A program made the translations under genes and the position numbers. From an uncultured Bdellovibrionales bacterium (GTDB lineage Bacteria > Myxococcota > XYA12-FULL-58-9 > JAFGEK01), in assembly GCA_964466695.1 (NCBI GenBank), contig CAYXQW010000001.1, positions 16,568 to 42,817 of the forward strand: 26,250 nt of DNA. The letters are read 5' to 3'. Shown piece after piece: positions 16,970-26,250 of the stretch; positions within the stretch are counted from its first letter, which is position 1, and each line of letters starts with the position of its first letter. The notes beneath the pieces are model-generated. The model was not told where the DNA came from. It saw only the letters and a list, made by a program, of their open reading frames with translations, and did no database searches.

Positions 16970-18808
16970 ATGAAGTACCGTAACGATATTCGTAGCCTGG
17001 CCATCATCGCCCACGTCGATCACGGCAAGACCACCCTGGTCGACGCTCTCTTTCGCCAAGGCGGGCTCTTTCGCGACAACCAGCAGATAGTCGAGCGCGC
17101 GATGGACTCGAACGACCAGGAGCGTGAGCGCGGCATCACCAGCCTCGCCAAGTGCACCTCGGTGCGGTTCGGCGACGTCACGCTGCAGATCGTAGACACT
17201 CCCGGGCACGCCGATTTCGGCGGCGAGGTCGAGCGCACCTTGCGCATGGTCGATGGCGTCTTGCTGCTCGTCGATGCCGCCGAGGGCTGTCTGCCGCAGA
17301 CGCGCTTCGTGCTGCGCAAGTCCCTCGAGCAGAAACTGCCGGTGGTCGTCGCCATCAACAAGATCGATCGTCAGGACGCGCGGCCCCAGGGCGTGCTCAA
17401 CGAGGTCTACGATCTGTTCATCGATCTTGGTGCGCACGAGCATCAGCTCGAGTTCCCGGTGCTCTATACCAATGCGCGTGAGGGCACGGCCTCGACGGAG
17501 CTCGGCGTGGCCGGGCAGGATCTGGCGCCACTGGTCAAGGCGCTCGTCGATACGCTCCCGCCGCCGCGAGATACTTCCGACGAGCCGCTCATCTTGCAGG
17601 TCAATCAGCTCTCTTACGACGACTACGTCGGCCGGCTCGTGGTGGGCCGGGTGCAGTCAGGCCGCGTCAGGGTCAATCAGATGGTGCGCGCCTGCACCAG
17701 GACGCGCGCTTATGAGACCCGCGTGACCGGCGTCTACACGTTCCAGGGCGTGCGCCGCCTGCCGCTCGAGGAGGCGCGCGCGGGCGACATCGTCGCGCTC
17801 TCGGGCTTCGAGGACATCGCCATCGGCGACTCGCTGGCCGACACCGCGGCGACTTGTATCCCCGACCCCATCGTCGTCGACGAGCCCACGGTGGTCATGG
17901 TCTTCCAGGTCAACGATGGCCCGTTGAGTGGCAAAAGCGGCGGCATCTACGTGACGAGTCGTCACCTCAGGGAGAGGCTCTACAAAGAGTCTTACATGAA
18001 CCCGTCCATCCGCGTGCAAGATGGGGACACCCCGGATCAGTTTCGGGTCTTCGGTCGCGGTGAGCTCCAGCTCGCCGTGGTGATCGAGGGGATGCGGCGC
18101 GAGGCCTTCGAGCTTTGTGTGCGCAACCCCGAGGTGGTCACACGCGAGGGCGCAAACGGCCTCGAGGAGCCGATCGAGCGGGTGGTGATCGACGTCCCCG
18201 GCGAGCACCTCGGCGTCGTCACCGAGCTGCTCGGTCCGCGGCGCGGGCAGATGACGGATCATCGCTATGAGGGCTCACGGGTGCGAATCGAGTATCTCAT
18301 CCCGACGCGCGGGCTCTTCGGCTTGCGCAGCCCGATCTTGACGGCCACGCGCGGCACGGCGATTTTGCACAGCGTCTTCGACGGTTGGATGCCCTGGGGT
18401 GGACCTATCGCCAAGCGCACCCTCGGGGCGCTCGTGTCCGACCGGCTGGGGGTGGCCACGCCATACGCCATCAACAACCTGCAATCGCGCGGGCCTTTCT
18501 TCGTCTCGCCGGGGACGCAGGTCTATGAGGGGATGGTGGTGGGCGAGCACATCCGCGGCAACGACCTCGACGTCAATGTCTGCCGCGAGAAGAAGCTCAC
18601 CAACGTGCGTAACACCGGGCACGATGAGAACATGGTGATCACACCACCGCGGGTCATGACCCTCGAACGGTGCCTCGAGTGGATCAAGGACGACGAGATG
18701 ATCGAGGTGACGCCGCATGCCATTCGATTGCGTAAGCGCGTCCTGGCCGCGAACCGGCGTCCCACGGTCAAGGACCGTGACCGGGACCGGGACCGTGAGG
18801 AAGCTTAG
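16970..18808 (+). CDS. typA: Translational GTPase TypA/BipA (612 aa)
   Basis: True start is [25 protein letters not shown]. Also [53 protein letters not shown] and IEVTP..IRLRK. Confidence 0.97.
   Translation: MKYRNDIRSLAIIAHVDHGKTTLVDALFRQGGLFRDNQQIVERAMDSNDQERERGITSLAKCTSVRFGDVTLQIVDTPGHADFGGEVERTLRMVDGVLLLVDAAEGCLPQTRFVLRKSLEQKLPVVVAINKIDRQDARPQGVLNEVYDLFIDLGAHEHQLEFPVLYTNAREGTASTELGVAGQDLAPLVKALVDTLPPPRDTSDEPLILQVNQLSYDDYVGRLVVGRVQSGRVRVNQMVRACTRTRAYETRVTGVYTFQGVRRLPLEEARAGDIVALSGFEDIAIGDSLADTAATCIPDPIVVDEPTVVMVFQVNDGPLSGKSGGIYVTSRHLRERLYKESYMNPSIRVQDGDTPDQFRVFGRGELQLAVVIEGMRREAFELCVRNPEVVTREGANGLEEPIERVVIDVPGEHLGVVTELLGPRRGQMTDHRYEGSRVRIEYLIPTRGLFGLRSPILTATRGTAILHSVFDGWMPWGGPIAKRTLGALVSDRLGVATPYAINNLQSRGPFFVSPGTQVYEGMVVGEHIRGNDLDVNVCREKKLTNVRNTGHDENMVITPPRVMTLERCLEWIKDDEMIEVTPHAIRLRKRVLAANRRPTVKDRDRDRDREEA
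18773..18796 (+). repeat. 4x hexamer GACCG(T/G) encoding the DRDRDRDR tail of TypA
   Basis: gaccgt gaccgg gaccgg gaccgt, read directly. Confidence 0.8.
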
Positions 18809-19983
18809 TCTAGTGGCACCTTCGGCAGGGTGACGCGGACCGTGGTGCCGAAATTCTCTTTGCTCTCGATGATGACCGCGCCCCCGGCGCGCTCGGCGAG
18901 TCTTCGGCACTGCGCGACCCCGAGGCCGGTGCCGTCGGGCCTGGTGGAGAAGAAGGGTGTCCCCACGCGCTCGAGCACCTCGGGGGTCATCCCCGGGCCG
19001 TTGTCGGCGATGATGAGGGTGAGCTTGTCGGCGGCGTCGACGCTGGTGACGTTGACCTGCCCGCCGCCCGTCTCGCGGCGACCTACGGCCTGCGCCGCGT
19101 TGGCGATGAGGTTGATGAGGGTTTGACTGAGCTCGGTCGAGCCGATCGCCAGGCGCGGCAAGAGGGTAGGGCCGTCATAAGTGAGCATGGCGTGCGAGTT
19201 GAGCACCAGGTTGCGACACACCGAGATCGCATAACGGATCACCGGCAAGGGGTCGCAGGCGCGCGGCTCCGCCGCGTGGCTTGGCCGGGTCAGCCGGCGC
19301 ATGCTCGAGGTCAGTCCGTGCATGAGCCGACATCCTTCGAGCATGTCTCTGACGATATCCGCGAGCTCGCTGGCGAGATCCGTGAGCTGCTCACGCGCGG
19401 CCGTCGGCAGCGCGTCCCCGTGGTCTTTTAGAAGCTCGGTCAAGGCTGGCGCGGCGGGTGCGAGCTGACTTAGCCGTTCGGAGTTGGTCAGGAGATAAGA
19501 CAGCGGTTGATTGAGGTCATGAATGACGGTCGCGGCGATGCTGCCGAGGGTCACCAGGCGCTCGGTCTGAATCAGCCTGAGGTTTAGGGCCGAGTTTTCG
19601 CGCCCGAGCTGGAAGGCCTCCAGGCTCCACGAGAGCATCTGCTCGAGCTCGGCCGTATCCCAGGGTTTGATTATATAGCGGACGACGAGGCCGTCGTTGA
19701 CGGCGCGCAAGATCGGATCGAGATCGCTGTAGGCGGTGATGGCGATACGTACGATATCGGGGTAGAGCTCCTTGACTCGACGCAAAAGCTCGTTGCCCGA
19801 GATATCCGGCATGCGCTGGTCGGTCACCAGGACCGCCACGTTCTCGGTCTTCAGAAGCTCGAGCGCTTCGCGCGCCGAGCCCGCGGTCTTGACCTCGAAG
19901 CGCCGGCCGAAGCACTGCTCGAAGACGACGCGGTTGGTGCGTTCATCATCGACATAGAGAATCAAACCATCTGGTGTTGCCAT
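18805..19983 (-). CDS. Cytoplasmic hybrid receiver-histidine kinase (REC-HisKA-HATPase, 392 aa)
   Basis: Start MATPDGLILYVDDE with SD AGGAG. REC: LVTDQRMP, ITAY, IKPW. H-box IHDLNQPL, N-box INLIANAAQA, then DNGPGM, PFFST and GTGLG. No TM or sensor domain. Confidence 0.93.
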   Translation of the reverse strand: MATPDGLILYVDDERTNRVVFEQCFGRRFEVKTAGSAREALELLKTENVAVLVTDQRMPDISGNELLRRVKELYPDIVRIAITAYSDLDPILRAVNDGLVVRYIIKPWDTAELEQMLSWSLEAFQLGRENSALNLRLIQTERLVTLGSIAATVIHDLNQPLSYLLTNSERLSQLAPAAPALTELLKDHGDALPTAAREQLTDLASELADIVRDMLEGCRLMHGLTSSMRRLTRPSHAAEPRACDPLPVIRYAISVCRNLVLNSHAMLTYDGPTLLPRLAIGSTELSQTLINLIANAAQAVGRRETGGGQVNVTSVDAADKLTLIIADNGPGMTPEVLERVGTPFFSTRPDGTGLGVAQCRRLAERAGGAVIIESKENFGTTVRVTLPKVPLD

Positions 19984-20235
19984 CGGCAACCGCTCCTGGC
20001 CTCCCACACCCCTTGAACAACCTGTGACGCCCGCGTGCCGGGCTCTTGCTTGTGCTAGCTCACGCTCATTCGTATCGCTAGTCAAAATACATGCTTTCGC
20101 CACAGTATAGCGCAAAACAGATCAATTGTTGGTCTTGATTCAAAAACACGAATAAGTTGCCGTGGTTATGCCGAATTCTAGTCGCGGTTGTGGTGGAGCC
20201 TGGGCCTCTTGTCTGGGATAATTGTATTGAGAAGC

Positions 20236-21363
20236 ATGCTGAGATCGGCGACCAGTGTTGACCCAGAGTTATTACGCGCCGGCATCGCGACAGCGTTGGA
20301 CGAGAACTCGCGCGTGCTCGTCGAGGCCGTCGTCACGAGGGCCGTAACCGTAATGGCGCAGGCCAATAGCGTCGATCTGACGACCATCGAGCGTCAGATC
20401 ACGACGCGCTCCGCTGCCGAGCTCTGGGCGATGTGCGAGGGCGCGCTCTTGCAGGTGTGGCTCGGCGTCGAGCAGTTGCAGGCTTCGCTCTTGCCTCTCG
20501 TCGAGTGTCATGAAGCGGCCGCGACTTTAGATCGATCTCTCGAGGTCGTCTTTATGCGGATCGCCGAGACGGCGTGGACCATGAAGTTCGTGCTCGCGAA
20601 CGATCTAGGTGCTTTTCGCCAACGTCTGCCGGCTCTGTTGAAGCTCAAGGACGGGTGGACTTTGCTCAGCGCCATGCAAGAGCACATGGCTCACCTGCAC
20701 GCCGCGTTGTGCGCCATTTTATATGGGATCTTCGAGTGTCTACCGGATGCCGCGCGCGCGCCCCTGCAAGCCGAGAACGCGCAGCTCGCAATTGCGCGTG
20801 AGCTGCGTGCGCGGATCTTCGCCTTGCGCGAGGAGGTCACGCGTCTCGAAGCCGAGCTTCATGCGCTGCCGCCTTCGTGTTGGGCCGCGCCGTTGTCAGA
20901 GCTCGTTCGGCAGGTCAGCGATTTTCTGCACACCCCGGCTTTTGCCTGGATGCGCGCCAACGACAAGAGCAGCTTTCTCACGCAGCATCGGGCTTTGTCC
21001 GAGCTGCTGGCGCTATGGTCGCCGTTGCGCGCCGAGCCCGGCAAGCTCGCGGTAACGGGGCTCGCGCGTTTTCTCGAGGCGTTAGAGGTCATCAATCACC
21101 GCGAGTGTTTGCGAAAGCACGATCGTGACGCGCTGCGGAGGGTCGTGCAAAATCTCGCGGTGAGTGACCGCGAGCCGCGAGAGCTCGTGGCCGGAGCCCT
21201 GGCGGCGTTGGCTGAAACCCAAGGCCGTGATCGCAAGCTCGATGCTTTGTTGCAGCAGACGCTCGATCCGTGCGCTTCACCAGACCTGTCCGCGATCTTG
21301 AAGCGCGCGCGCGAGGTGCTCGTGGAATTGGGGGATGCGGCAGCGCCTCAAGTTAAGATTTAG
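20236..21363 (+). CDS. Hypothetical all-alpha Leu/Ala-rich cytoplasmic protein (375 aa)
   Basis: Long ORF with natural protein composition and amphipathic helical patterns, divergent from the hybrid kinase. ATG 20236 is preferred over TTG 20188. Confidence 0.75.
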   Translation: MLRSATSVDPELLRAGIATALDENSRVLVEAVVTRAVTVMAQANSVDLTTIERQITTRSAAELWAMCEGALLQVWLGVEQLQASLLPLVECHEAAATLDRSLEVVFMRIAETAWTMKFVLANDLGAFRQRLPALLKLKDGWTLLSAMQEHMAHLHAALCAILYGIFECLPDAARAPLQAENAQLAIARELRARIFALREEVTRLEAELHALPPSCWAAPLSELVRQVSDFLHTPAFAWMRANDKSSFLTQHRALSELLALWSPLRAEPGKLAVTGLARFLEALEVINHRECLRKHDRDALRRVVQNLAVSDREPRELVAGALAALAETQGRDRKLDALLQQTLDPCASPDLSAILKRAREVLVELGDAAAPQVKI

Positions 21364-21782
21364 CGCTCTTCGTCTTCGTAGTCGTAATCGTAGTCTATGT
21401 CTTCGTCATCATCATCATCGTCGTCTTCGTCGTCATCATCATCGTCATCGTCATCATCGTAGTCGAAGTCGTCATCGTCGAAAGCGTCTTCGTCGAGGCC
21501 GCCGAATTCTTCTTCCTCCTCCTCTTCCTCCTCTTCTTCTTCCTCCTCCTCGGCGTCGAAAACGAAGTCGCCTTCGCCCTCGACGTCGTCGACACCTACG
21601 ACCCCTTCGTCGTCGCTCTCTTTTTCGTCTTCATCGTAGACTTCTTCGTCCTCGTCGACATCTTCGTCTTCCGAGGTGTCCGTCTCGTCGTCACGCTCAG
21701 GGCGCGCCGGAGATTTCTTCGAGGTTTTGCGCCGCGGTGCGACGATGAGAGTCTGCTGCTCGTTTTGAAAATGCGAGTACAC
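21360..21782 (-). CDS. Small, extremely acidic low-complexity protein (140 aa)
   Basis: SD AAGGAG 7 nt before GTG at 21782 (MYSHFQNEQQTLIVAPRRKTSKKSPARPER...). About 110 residues dominated by D/E follow, including a 15-Glu run in mixed GAA/GAG codons. Confidence 0.75.
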   Translation of the reverse strand: MYSHFQNEQQTLIVAPRRKTSKKSPARPERDDETDTSEDEDVDEDEEVYDEDEKESDDEGVVGVDDVEGEGDFVFDAEEEEEEEEEEEEEEEFGGLDEDAFDDDDFDYDDDDDDDDDDEDDDDDDDEDIDYDYDYEDEER

Positions 21783-22036
21783 CGTCTTGCTCCTTGCGTC
21801 GAAGAGGCCGTTTCCCGTCAACCTTTACGGTACAATTCCAGCGGACGTAAACAAAATTATCAGCAGAGTCAATCGCGCGCTTCAATATTCGCGTCTCGTC
21901 GAGCCGTGCGAGCATCGCGGTTGCCACTCCCTGTCGGTCGCGGTACTGACGTGAAATCCGTACCGCGCGCGTCAGCAAGCGGCATTTTGGGCACGCCGAT
22001 GCGGAGAACTCGATTACCAACGAGAGGTCCTCGTAG

Positions 22037-22651
22037 ATGAAAAGCACAAATGCTCGGTCGGATGAGGAGGCCGCCTGCGAGACGCGGCTTGCCTACTTCG
22101 TGCACCCGCGCGGGATCGTCGATGACGGCGCCGAGATCGGGGCGCGCACGCGCATCTGGGCAGGCGCGCACGTGCAGGGCGGCGCACGGATCGGCCGCGA
22201 CTGCAATATCTGCGACTGCGTGTTCGTCGAGAGCGGGGTTTCGCTCGGCGATCATGTCACGGTCAAGAACGGCGTCCAGCTCTACACGGGCGTGACCGCC
22301 GAGGACTATGTCTTCATCGGCCCCAACGCCACCTTCACCAACGATCTGCGTCCCCGCGTCGCCTATCCGCTCCCCGCCGAGCGCTTCGCCAAGACCAAGA
22401 TCGAGCACGGCGCGAGCATCGGCGCCAACGCGACGATCGTGGCCGGGCACGTGATCGGCCAGCACGCTATGATCGGCGCGGGCGCCGTCGTCATCCGCGA
22501 CGTACTCGCGCACGCGCTGGTGGTGGGCAACCCTGCACGTCAGATTGGCTGGGTATGTGTGTGTGGGGAGCGCTTGGACGAGCACGAGGTGTGTGCTAGC
22601 TGCGGCAAGTCCTACACGCGCGTCGCTCAAGGCCTCGCGCTTCGTGGTTGA
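22037..22651 (+). CDS. Hexapeptide-repeat (LbH) N-acetyltransferase, WbpD/WlbB-like, with C-terminal Cys4 ribbon (204 aa)
   Basis: FVHP..IVDDGAEIG..TRIW, IGRDCNI, VKNGVQLY.GVT.ED.VFIGPNATFTNDLRPR, GASIGANATIV, ALVVGNPARQIGWVCVCG...CASCG. SD GAGAGG. Confidence 0.9.
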   Translation: MKSTNARSDEEAACETRLAYFVHPRGIVDDGAEIGARTRIWAGAHVQGGARIGRDCNICDCVFVESGVSLGDHVTVKNGVQLYTGVTAEDYVFIGPNATFTNDLRPRVAYPLPAERFAKTKIEHGASIGANATIVAGHVIGQHAMIGAGAVVIRDVLAHALVVGNPARQIGWVCVCGERLDEHEVCASCGKSYTRVAQGLALRG

Positions 22652-22675
22652 GAGAGCCTTTCTAGAGAAGATTTG

Positions 22676-25138
22676 ATGCTAGCAGCCCCTTGGATGTCGG
22701 GCCTCGAGAAGGCCATGGGCGCCCTCGCGGCGCGCACGCACGGCCGCCCCTTCGCGGCGTTGGTCGTCGTCCTCTTGCTCAGCGTCCCTTCTTTCTATCT
22801 CGCGCGGTCCATCGGCCTCGACGCCGATCTCGTGGGCCTCTTGCCGCGATCGTTTCGCAGCGTCCAAGACCTCGACCTGTTGCGCGAGCGCTTCGGCGGG
22901 ATGGGTTATGTCGTGGTCGCCGCGCAAAGAGCGCCGCCTGCAACGCTCAAGCGCTTCGCCGACGATATGGCCCCGAAGCTCGCCGCGCTTTCGGAGATCC
23001 GCTTCGTCGAGCACAAGCGAGCCTACGGGTTCTTCGAGGACCGGGCGCTGCTCTACCTCGAGCCGCAAGACCTTACGGAGATCCGCGCGCGCATCGACGA
23101 GCGCCTCGCCTACGAGCGACGGGCGCACAACCCGCTCTTCATAGATCTCGAAGAGGAAGGCCCGCCTTCTCTCGACTTCTCGGATCTCGAGCGCAAGTAC
23201 GCGGGGGCGGCCGCCAAAAGAGTCGCGGGCGGCGGCGAGCCTTACTACATCGACCCCGCGGCGCGGCTGCTCGTGCTCCTGTGCAAGCCCAAGAGCGCCT
23301 CGACAGATCTCGCGTACGCTCGCAAGGTGACGGACGAGGTCAGGGAGCTGATCGCGGCGCAGGACCTCTCTGCCTACCCCGGCCTCGAGGTCGCCATCAC
23401 GGGCGCCTACGAGAAGAAGGTCGATCAACAACGCGAGATCGCCGTCGATCTTGCGCGCGCCTCGGCGATCGCGCTCGTCCTCGTGCTCCTCTACCTCGTC
23501 TTTCATTTTCGCAGCGTGCTCGCCGTGGTGTTCACGCTCACCCCCGTGCTCATCGCCATCACCTGGACTTACGCCGTCGTGGCCTTGGGCTACGGGCGGC
23601 TCAACCTCATCACCGGCTTTCTCGGAGCCATCCTCGGCGGCCTCGGGGTGGAGCACGGCATCCACCTGCTCAGCCGCTACATCGTGCTGCGACACGAGGG
23701 CAAGCGCTCGAAGCTCGCTACGCGCGAGGCCTTCGCGCACACGGGCGGGTCGGCCTTCATCTCGGCCCTGGTCGCGGCGCTCACCTTCTTGTCGCTGGCC
23801 ATCTCCGAGTTTCGGGCGTTCCGCGAGTTCGGGGTGATCGCCTCGATCGGTATGATGCTCGGGATCGGCGCCTACATCATCATGCTGCCGCCGTTGCTCG
23901 GGGTCGCCGCGCGTCTCGGCTGGCAGCCGAGCAAGCGCGACTTCTTCATGGCGCCGAGGTCCGAGCTCGCGCACCTCTTGCCGCGCTTCGCGCGTCCCAT
24001 CACGTTCGGAGCGGTAGCCGTCATGGTGTTGCTCGCGTGCATCGGTCCTCGCGTGGGCTTCGACTACGACTTCCGCTCCCTCGAAGACGCCGACCTCCCG
24101 TCGATACGCCTCGATCGAAAGGTGGATGGCCTGGTCGGGTTCTCCCAGACCCCGGTCGTGGTGCTCACCGAGGACTTGGAGCAGGAGCGCGACGTCATTG
24201 CCGAGCTCAACGCCCGGCGCGCGGCGCTCGGCGCAGAGAGCGCGATCGACTTCGTAGCAGGCCTCGACGATCTCGTGCCGCGAGAGCAAGATGAGAAGCT
24301 CGTCATCATCGCCGCGATCAGGGAGTCTTTGGCCCGGGTGGATCCCGCGCGTCTCGGCGATGTGGCTCGCGCCGACTACGAGCGCGCGCTGCGCTTGAGC
24401 TCCGTACGAGCGTTCGGGCGCCGAGAGCTCCCCGAGAGCGTGCGCCTCCAGTTCGAGGACAGGACGAGCCAGGACCGAGGGCTCGTGCTCGTCTTCCCGA
24501 AGGTCAGCCTGTCACACAGCGACGGGGTGCGTCGCTTCGCCAAGGAGGTTCGCGACATCGAGCTTGGAAGCGGCGGGAAGCTCTCGGCCGCGGGCGAGTC
24601 GATGATCTTGGCCGACATCCTCGACATGGTGACCCGCGAGTCGCCTTTGGTGCTAGCGGCCGCGGTGCTCTCGGTGTTGCTCGCGATGTGGCTCGCGCTC
24701 GGCAACTTGCGCTCGGCGGTGATCTGCCTCACTCCGACTTTGGCCTCGGTGACGGCGCTCGTCGGCGTCATGGCGCTTGGCGGCGTCGAGTTCAACTACC
24801 TCAACATCATGGTCATCGCCGTGCTCATCGGCACCACCGTCGACGCCGGCGTGCACTTCCTGTCGCGCTGGCGCGAGCGCGGGGATACGCACTTCGCCGA
24901 GGTCTACGGCGAGACAGGGCGCGCCATCGTGGGCGGGTTGCTCACGAGCGCGGTTGGCTTCGGCTCGCTCACGCTCGCGCGCCACCCGGGGTTGAGCTCG
25001 ATCGGCGAGCTCGCCACCTTGGGCTTCGCCACCAACGTCGTCGTGGTGCTGCTCGCCTTCCCCGCCTTTTTGTTGCATGTCGAGCAGCGTCGTGCGAAAC
25101 GCAGCCTGGCTGCGGCCTTTGGGAAACCAGAGGACTAA
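22676..25138 (+). CDS. MMPL/RND-family transporter (HpnN-like architecture, about 820 aa)
   Basis: Two repeats of TM1, a large periplasmic loop and 5 TMs. Motifs: DADLVGLLP, FGGMGYVVV, GLGVEHGIHLLSRY, FRAFREFGVIASIG, GTTVDAGVHFLSRW, TGRAI..LLTSAVGFGSL and HPGLSSIG. Confidence 0.9.
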   Translation: MLAAPWMSGLEKAMGALAARTHGRPFAALVVVLLLSVPSFYLARSIGLDADLVGLLPRSFRSVQDLDLLRERFGGMGYVVVAAQRAPPATLKRFADDMAPKLAALSEIRFVEHKRAYGFFEDRALLYLEPQDLTEIRARIDERLAYERRAHNPLFIDLEEEGPPSLDFSDLERKYAGAAAKRVAGGGEPYYIDPAARLLVLLCKPKSASTDLAYARKVTDEVRELIAAQDLSAYPGLEVAITGAYEKKVDQQREIAVDLARASAIALVLVLLYLVFHFRSVLAVVFTLTPVLIAITWTYAVVALGYGRLNLITGFLGAILGGLGVEHGIHLLSRYIVLRHEGKRSKLATREAFAHTGGSAFISALVAALTFLSLAISEFRAFREFGVIASIGMMLGIGAYIIMLPPLLGVAARLGWQPSKRDFFMAPRSELAHLLPRFARPITFGAVAVMVLLACIGPRVGFDYDFRSLEDADLPSIRLDRKVDGLVGFSQTPVVVLTEDLEQERDVIAELNARRAALGAESAIDFVAGLDDLVPREQDEKLVIIAAIRESLARVDPARLGDVARADYERALRLSSVRAFGRRELPESVRLQFEDRTSQDRGLVLVFPKVSLSHSDGVRRFAKEVRDIELGSGGKLSAAGESMILADILDMVTRESPLVLAAAVLSVLLAMWLALGNLRSAVICLTPTLASVTALVGVMALGGVEFNYLNIMVIAVLIGTTVDAGVHFLSRWRERGDTHFAEVYGETGRAIVGGLLTSAVGFGSLTLARHPGLSSIGELATLGFATNVVVVLLAFPAFLLHVEQRRAKRSLAAAFGKPED

Positions 25139-25223
25139 CCGCGGGCCAAACCCTCGAGCTTGCGCGAAAAGTGGGGGTGCTGCACTGTTGATGATACGTA
25201 ATTGATCCGAGGACGAAACAAAG

Positions 25224-26250
25224 ATGGCCGAGCCGAAGAAACCCAAGATGCCCTTGCCGGAGACCTCTCTCGCGAACGCCGGTGAAGGCGAGAGCATGAT
25301 CGTGATCCCCGAGGAGCTGCCGGTGTTGACGCTGCGCAACACGGTGCTGTTCCCCGGGTCGATCGTGCCGCTCGGTATCGGGCGTCCAAAGACGGTGCGG
25401 CTCGTCGAGGAGAGCATCAAGGACAACGGGCTCGTCGCGGTGGTGGCGCAGCGCGATCCCGAGGTCGACGACCCCGTGGCGGCCGATCTCTACGGCATGG
25501 GCTGCGCCGCGCGGCTTGTCAAGCTCGTCAAGGCCTCCAAGGACAACTTCTCGGTGGTGGTCCAGGGCCTGTCGCGCGTGCGCCTGGTCGAGTACACGCA
25601 GTCGCTGCCTTACCTCAAAGCGCGCCTCACCGCGGTGGAGGACTTGACCACCAATCAGGTGGAGGTCGAGGCGCTGACGATGTCGCTCAAGAAGACGGCG
25701 CGCGAGGTCTTGCGCCTCATCCCCGAGCTCCCGCCCTCGGCCGCGGAGCTGCTCGAGCGCGTCGACGACGCTGGGGTGCTGGCGGATCTCATCGCCTCGA
25801 ACGTCGAGTCCTCGGTGGACGAGAAGCAGTCGGTGCTCGAGACGGTGGAGCTCGTCTCGCGCATGCGGCGCGTGCTCGAGCTCTTGTCGCGCCAGCTCGA
25901 GGTGCTCAAGCTGTCGAACAAGATAAGCTCGCAGGTCAAGGGCGAGATGTCGAAGACCCAGCGCGAGTACTACTTGCGCCAGCAGCTCAAGGCCATCAAG
26001 GACGAGCTCGGCGAGGGCGACGACACCGACGACGATCTGGCCGAGCTCGAGGCTCGGGTCAACGAGGCCGAGCTCCCCGAGGAGGCCGACAAGGCCGCGC
26101 GCAAGGAGCTGCGGCGCCTGCGCAACATGTCGCCATCGCAGGCCGAGTACACCGTCGCGCGCACCTATCTCGACTGGCTCTGTGACTTGCCGTGGAGCAA
26201 GTCCACGGCCGATCGCATCGAGCTCAAGGAGGTGCGGGATGTGCTCGACG
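25224..26250 (+). CDS. lon: ATP-dependent Lon protease, N-terminal part (runs off the right edge; missing from the ORF track)
   Basis: Manual translation from ATG 25224 (SD GAGGA): ...EELPVLTLRNTVLFPG..., VQGLSRVR, LADLIAS, EKQSVLE, KISSQVKGEMSKTQREYYLRQQLKAIKDELGE and EYTVARTYLDWLCDLPW. From memory it resembles the myxobacterial LonD/BsgA paralogue. Confidence 0.96.
   Translation, partial: MAEPKKPKMPLPETSLANAGEGESMIVIPEELPVLTLRNTVLFPGSIVPLGIGRPKTVRLVEESIKDNGLVAVVAQRDPEVDDPVAADLYGMGCAARLVKLVKASKDNFSVVVQGLSRVRLVEYTQSLPYLKARLTAVEDLTTNQVEVEALTMSLKKTAREVLRLIPELPPSAAELLERVDDAGVLADLIASNVESSVDEKQSVLETVELVSRMRRVLELLSRQLEVLKLSNKISSQVKGEMSKTQREYYLRQQLKAIKDELGEGDDTDDDLAELEARVNEAELPEEADKAARKELRRLRNMSPSQAEYTVARTYLDWLCDLPWSKSTADRIELKEVRDVLD

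Noticed and set aside
18773..18796. GACCGK x4 repeat as a phase-variation tract or CRISPR-like repeat
   Set aside because: It is an in-frame hexamer at the extreme C-terminus, so copy changes would not shift frame, and it has no spacers.
21370..21700. TCG/TCA/TCC/TCT trinucleotide-like tracts as microsatellite or His/Arg-rich plus-strand ORF (21335..21748)
   Set aside because: Fully explained by mixed Asp/Glu codons of the minus-strand acidic protein.
21697..22047. 116-aa minus ORF as a frameshifted N-terminal half of the acidic protein
   Set aside because: It spans an AT-rich promoter-like spacer with atypical codons, and the acidic ORF has its own strong SD and GTG.
22679..24294. Two ORFs of about 535 aa (plus 22690..24294, minus 22679..24289)
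   Set aside because: Alternate-frame and antisense shadows of the MMPL gene.
25139..25223. Heat-shock (sigma32/CIRCE) element before lon
   Set aside because: Only a CTTG fragment is present, with no correctly spaced CCCCAT and no CIRCE inverted repeat.

Overview
GC-rich, densely coding bacterial chromosome segment, most likely Myxococcota. This rests on recalled similarity of the Lon N-terminus to myxobacterial LonD/BsgA, an L3 with an HEYxRH-type loop, and TPR/FHA and sensor-less REC-HK genes. Housekeeping genes: moxR-type AAA+ ATPase (partial), ThrRS-N/uridine-kinase fusion, RluA/RluC-type pseudouridine synthase, stand-alone rplC, stand-alone gyrA, typA, WbpD-like acetyltransferase, MMPL/RND transporter and lon (partial). 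Four accessory or odd elements stand out. (1) A lower-GC two-gene cassette at 393-1250 encodes secreted Cys-rich proteins with three copies of a module whose cysteine spacing, and pairwise cysteine losses, follow the resistin/RELM pattern. (2) An archaeal-looking TyrA is fused directly to PheA with no chorismate mutase, in an operon with a degenerate NCS1 permease. (3) A signal-peptide-less subtilase has EF-hand-like loops and an atypical active site. (4) A small, extremely acidic protein resembles the RNAP-delta tail. Several promoters can be read by eye, some apparently leaderless, and rplC has a structured leader. No rRNA, tRNA, CRISPR or mobile-element genes were seen. All calls come from manual motif reading; no searches were run.
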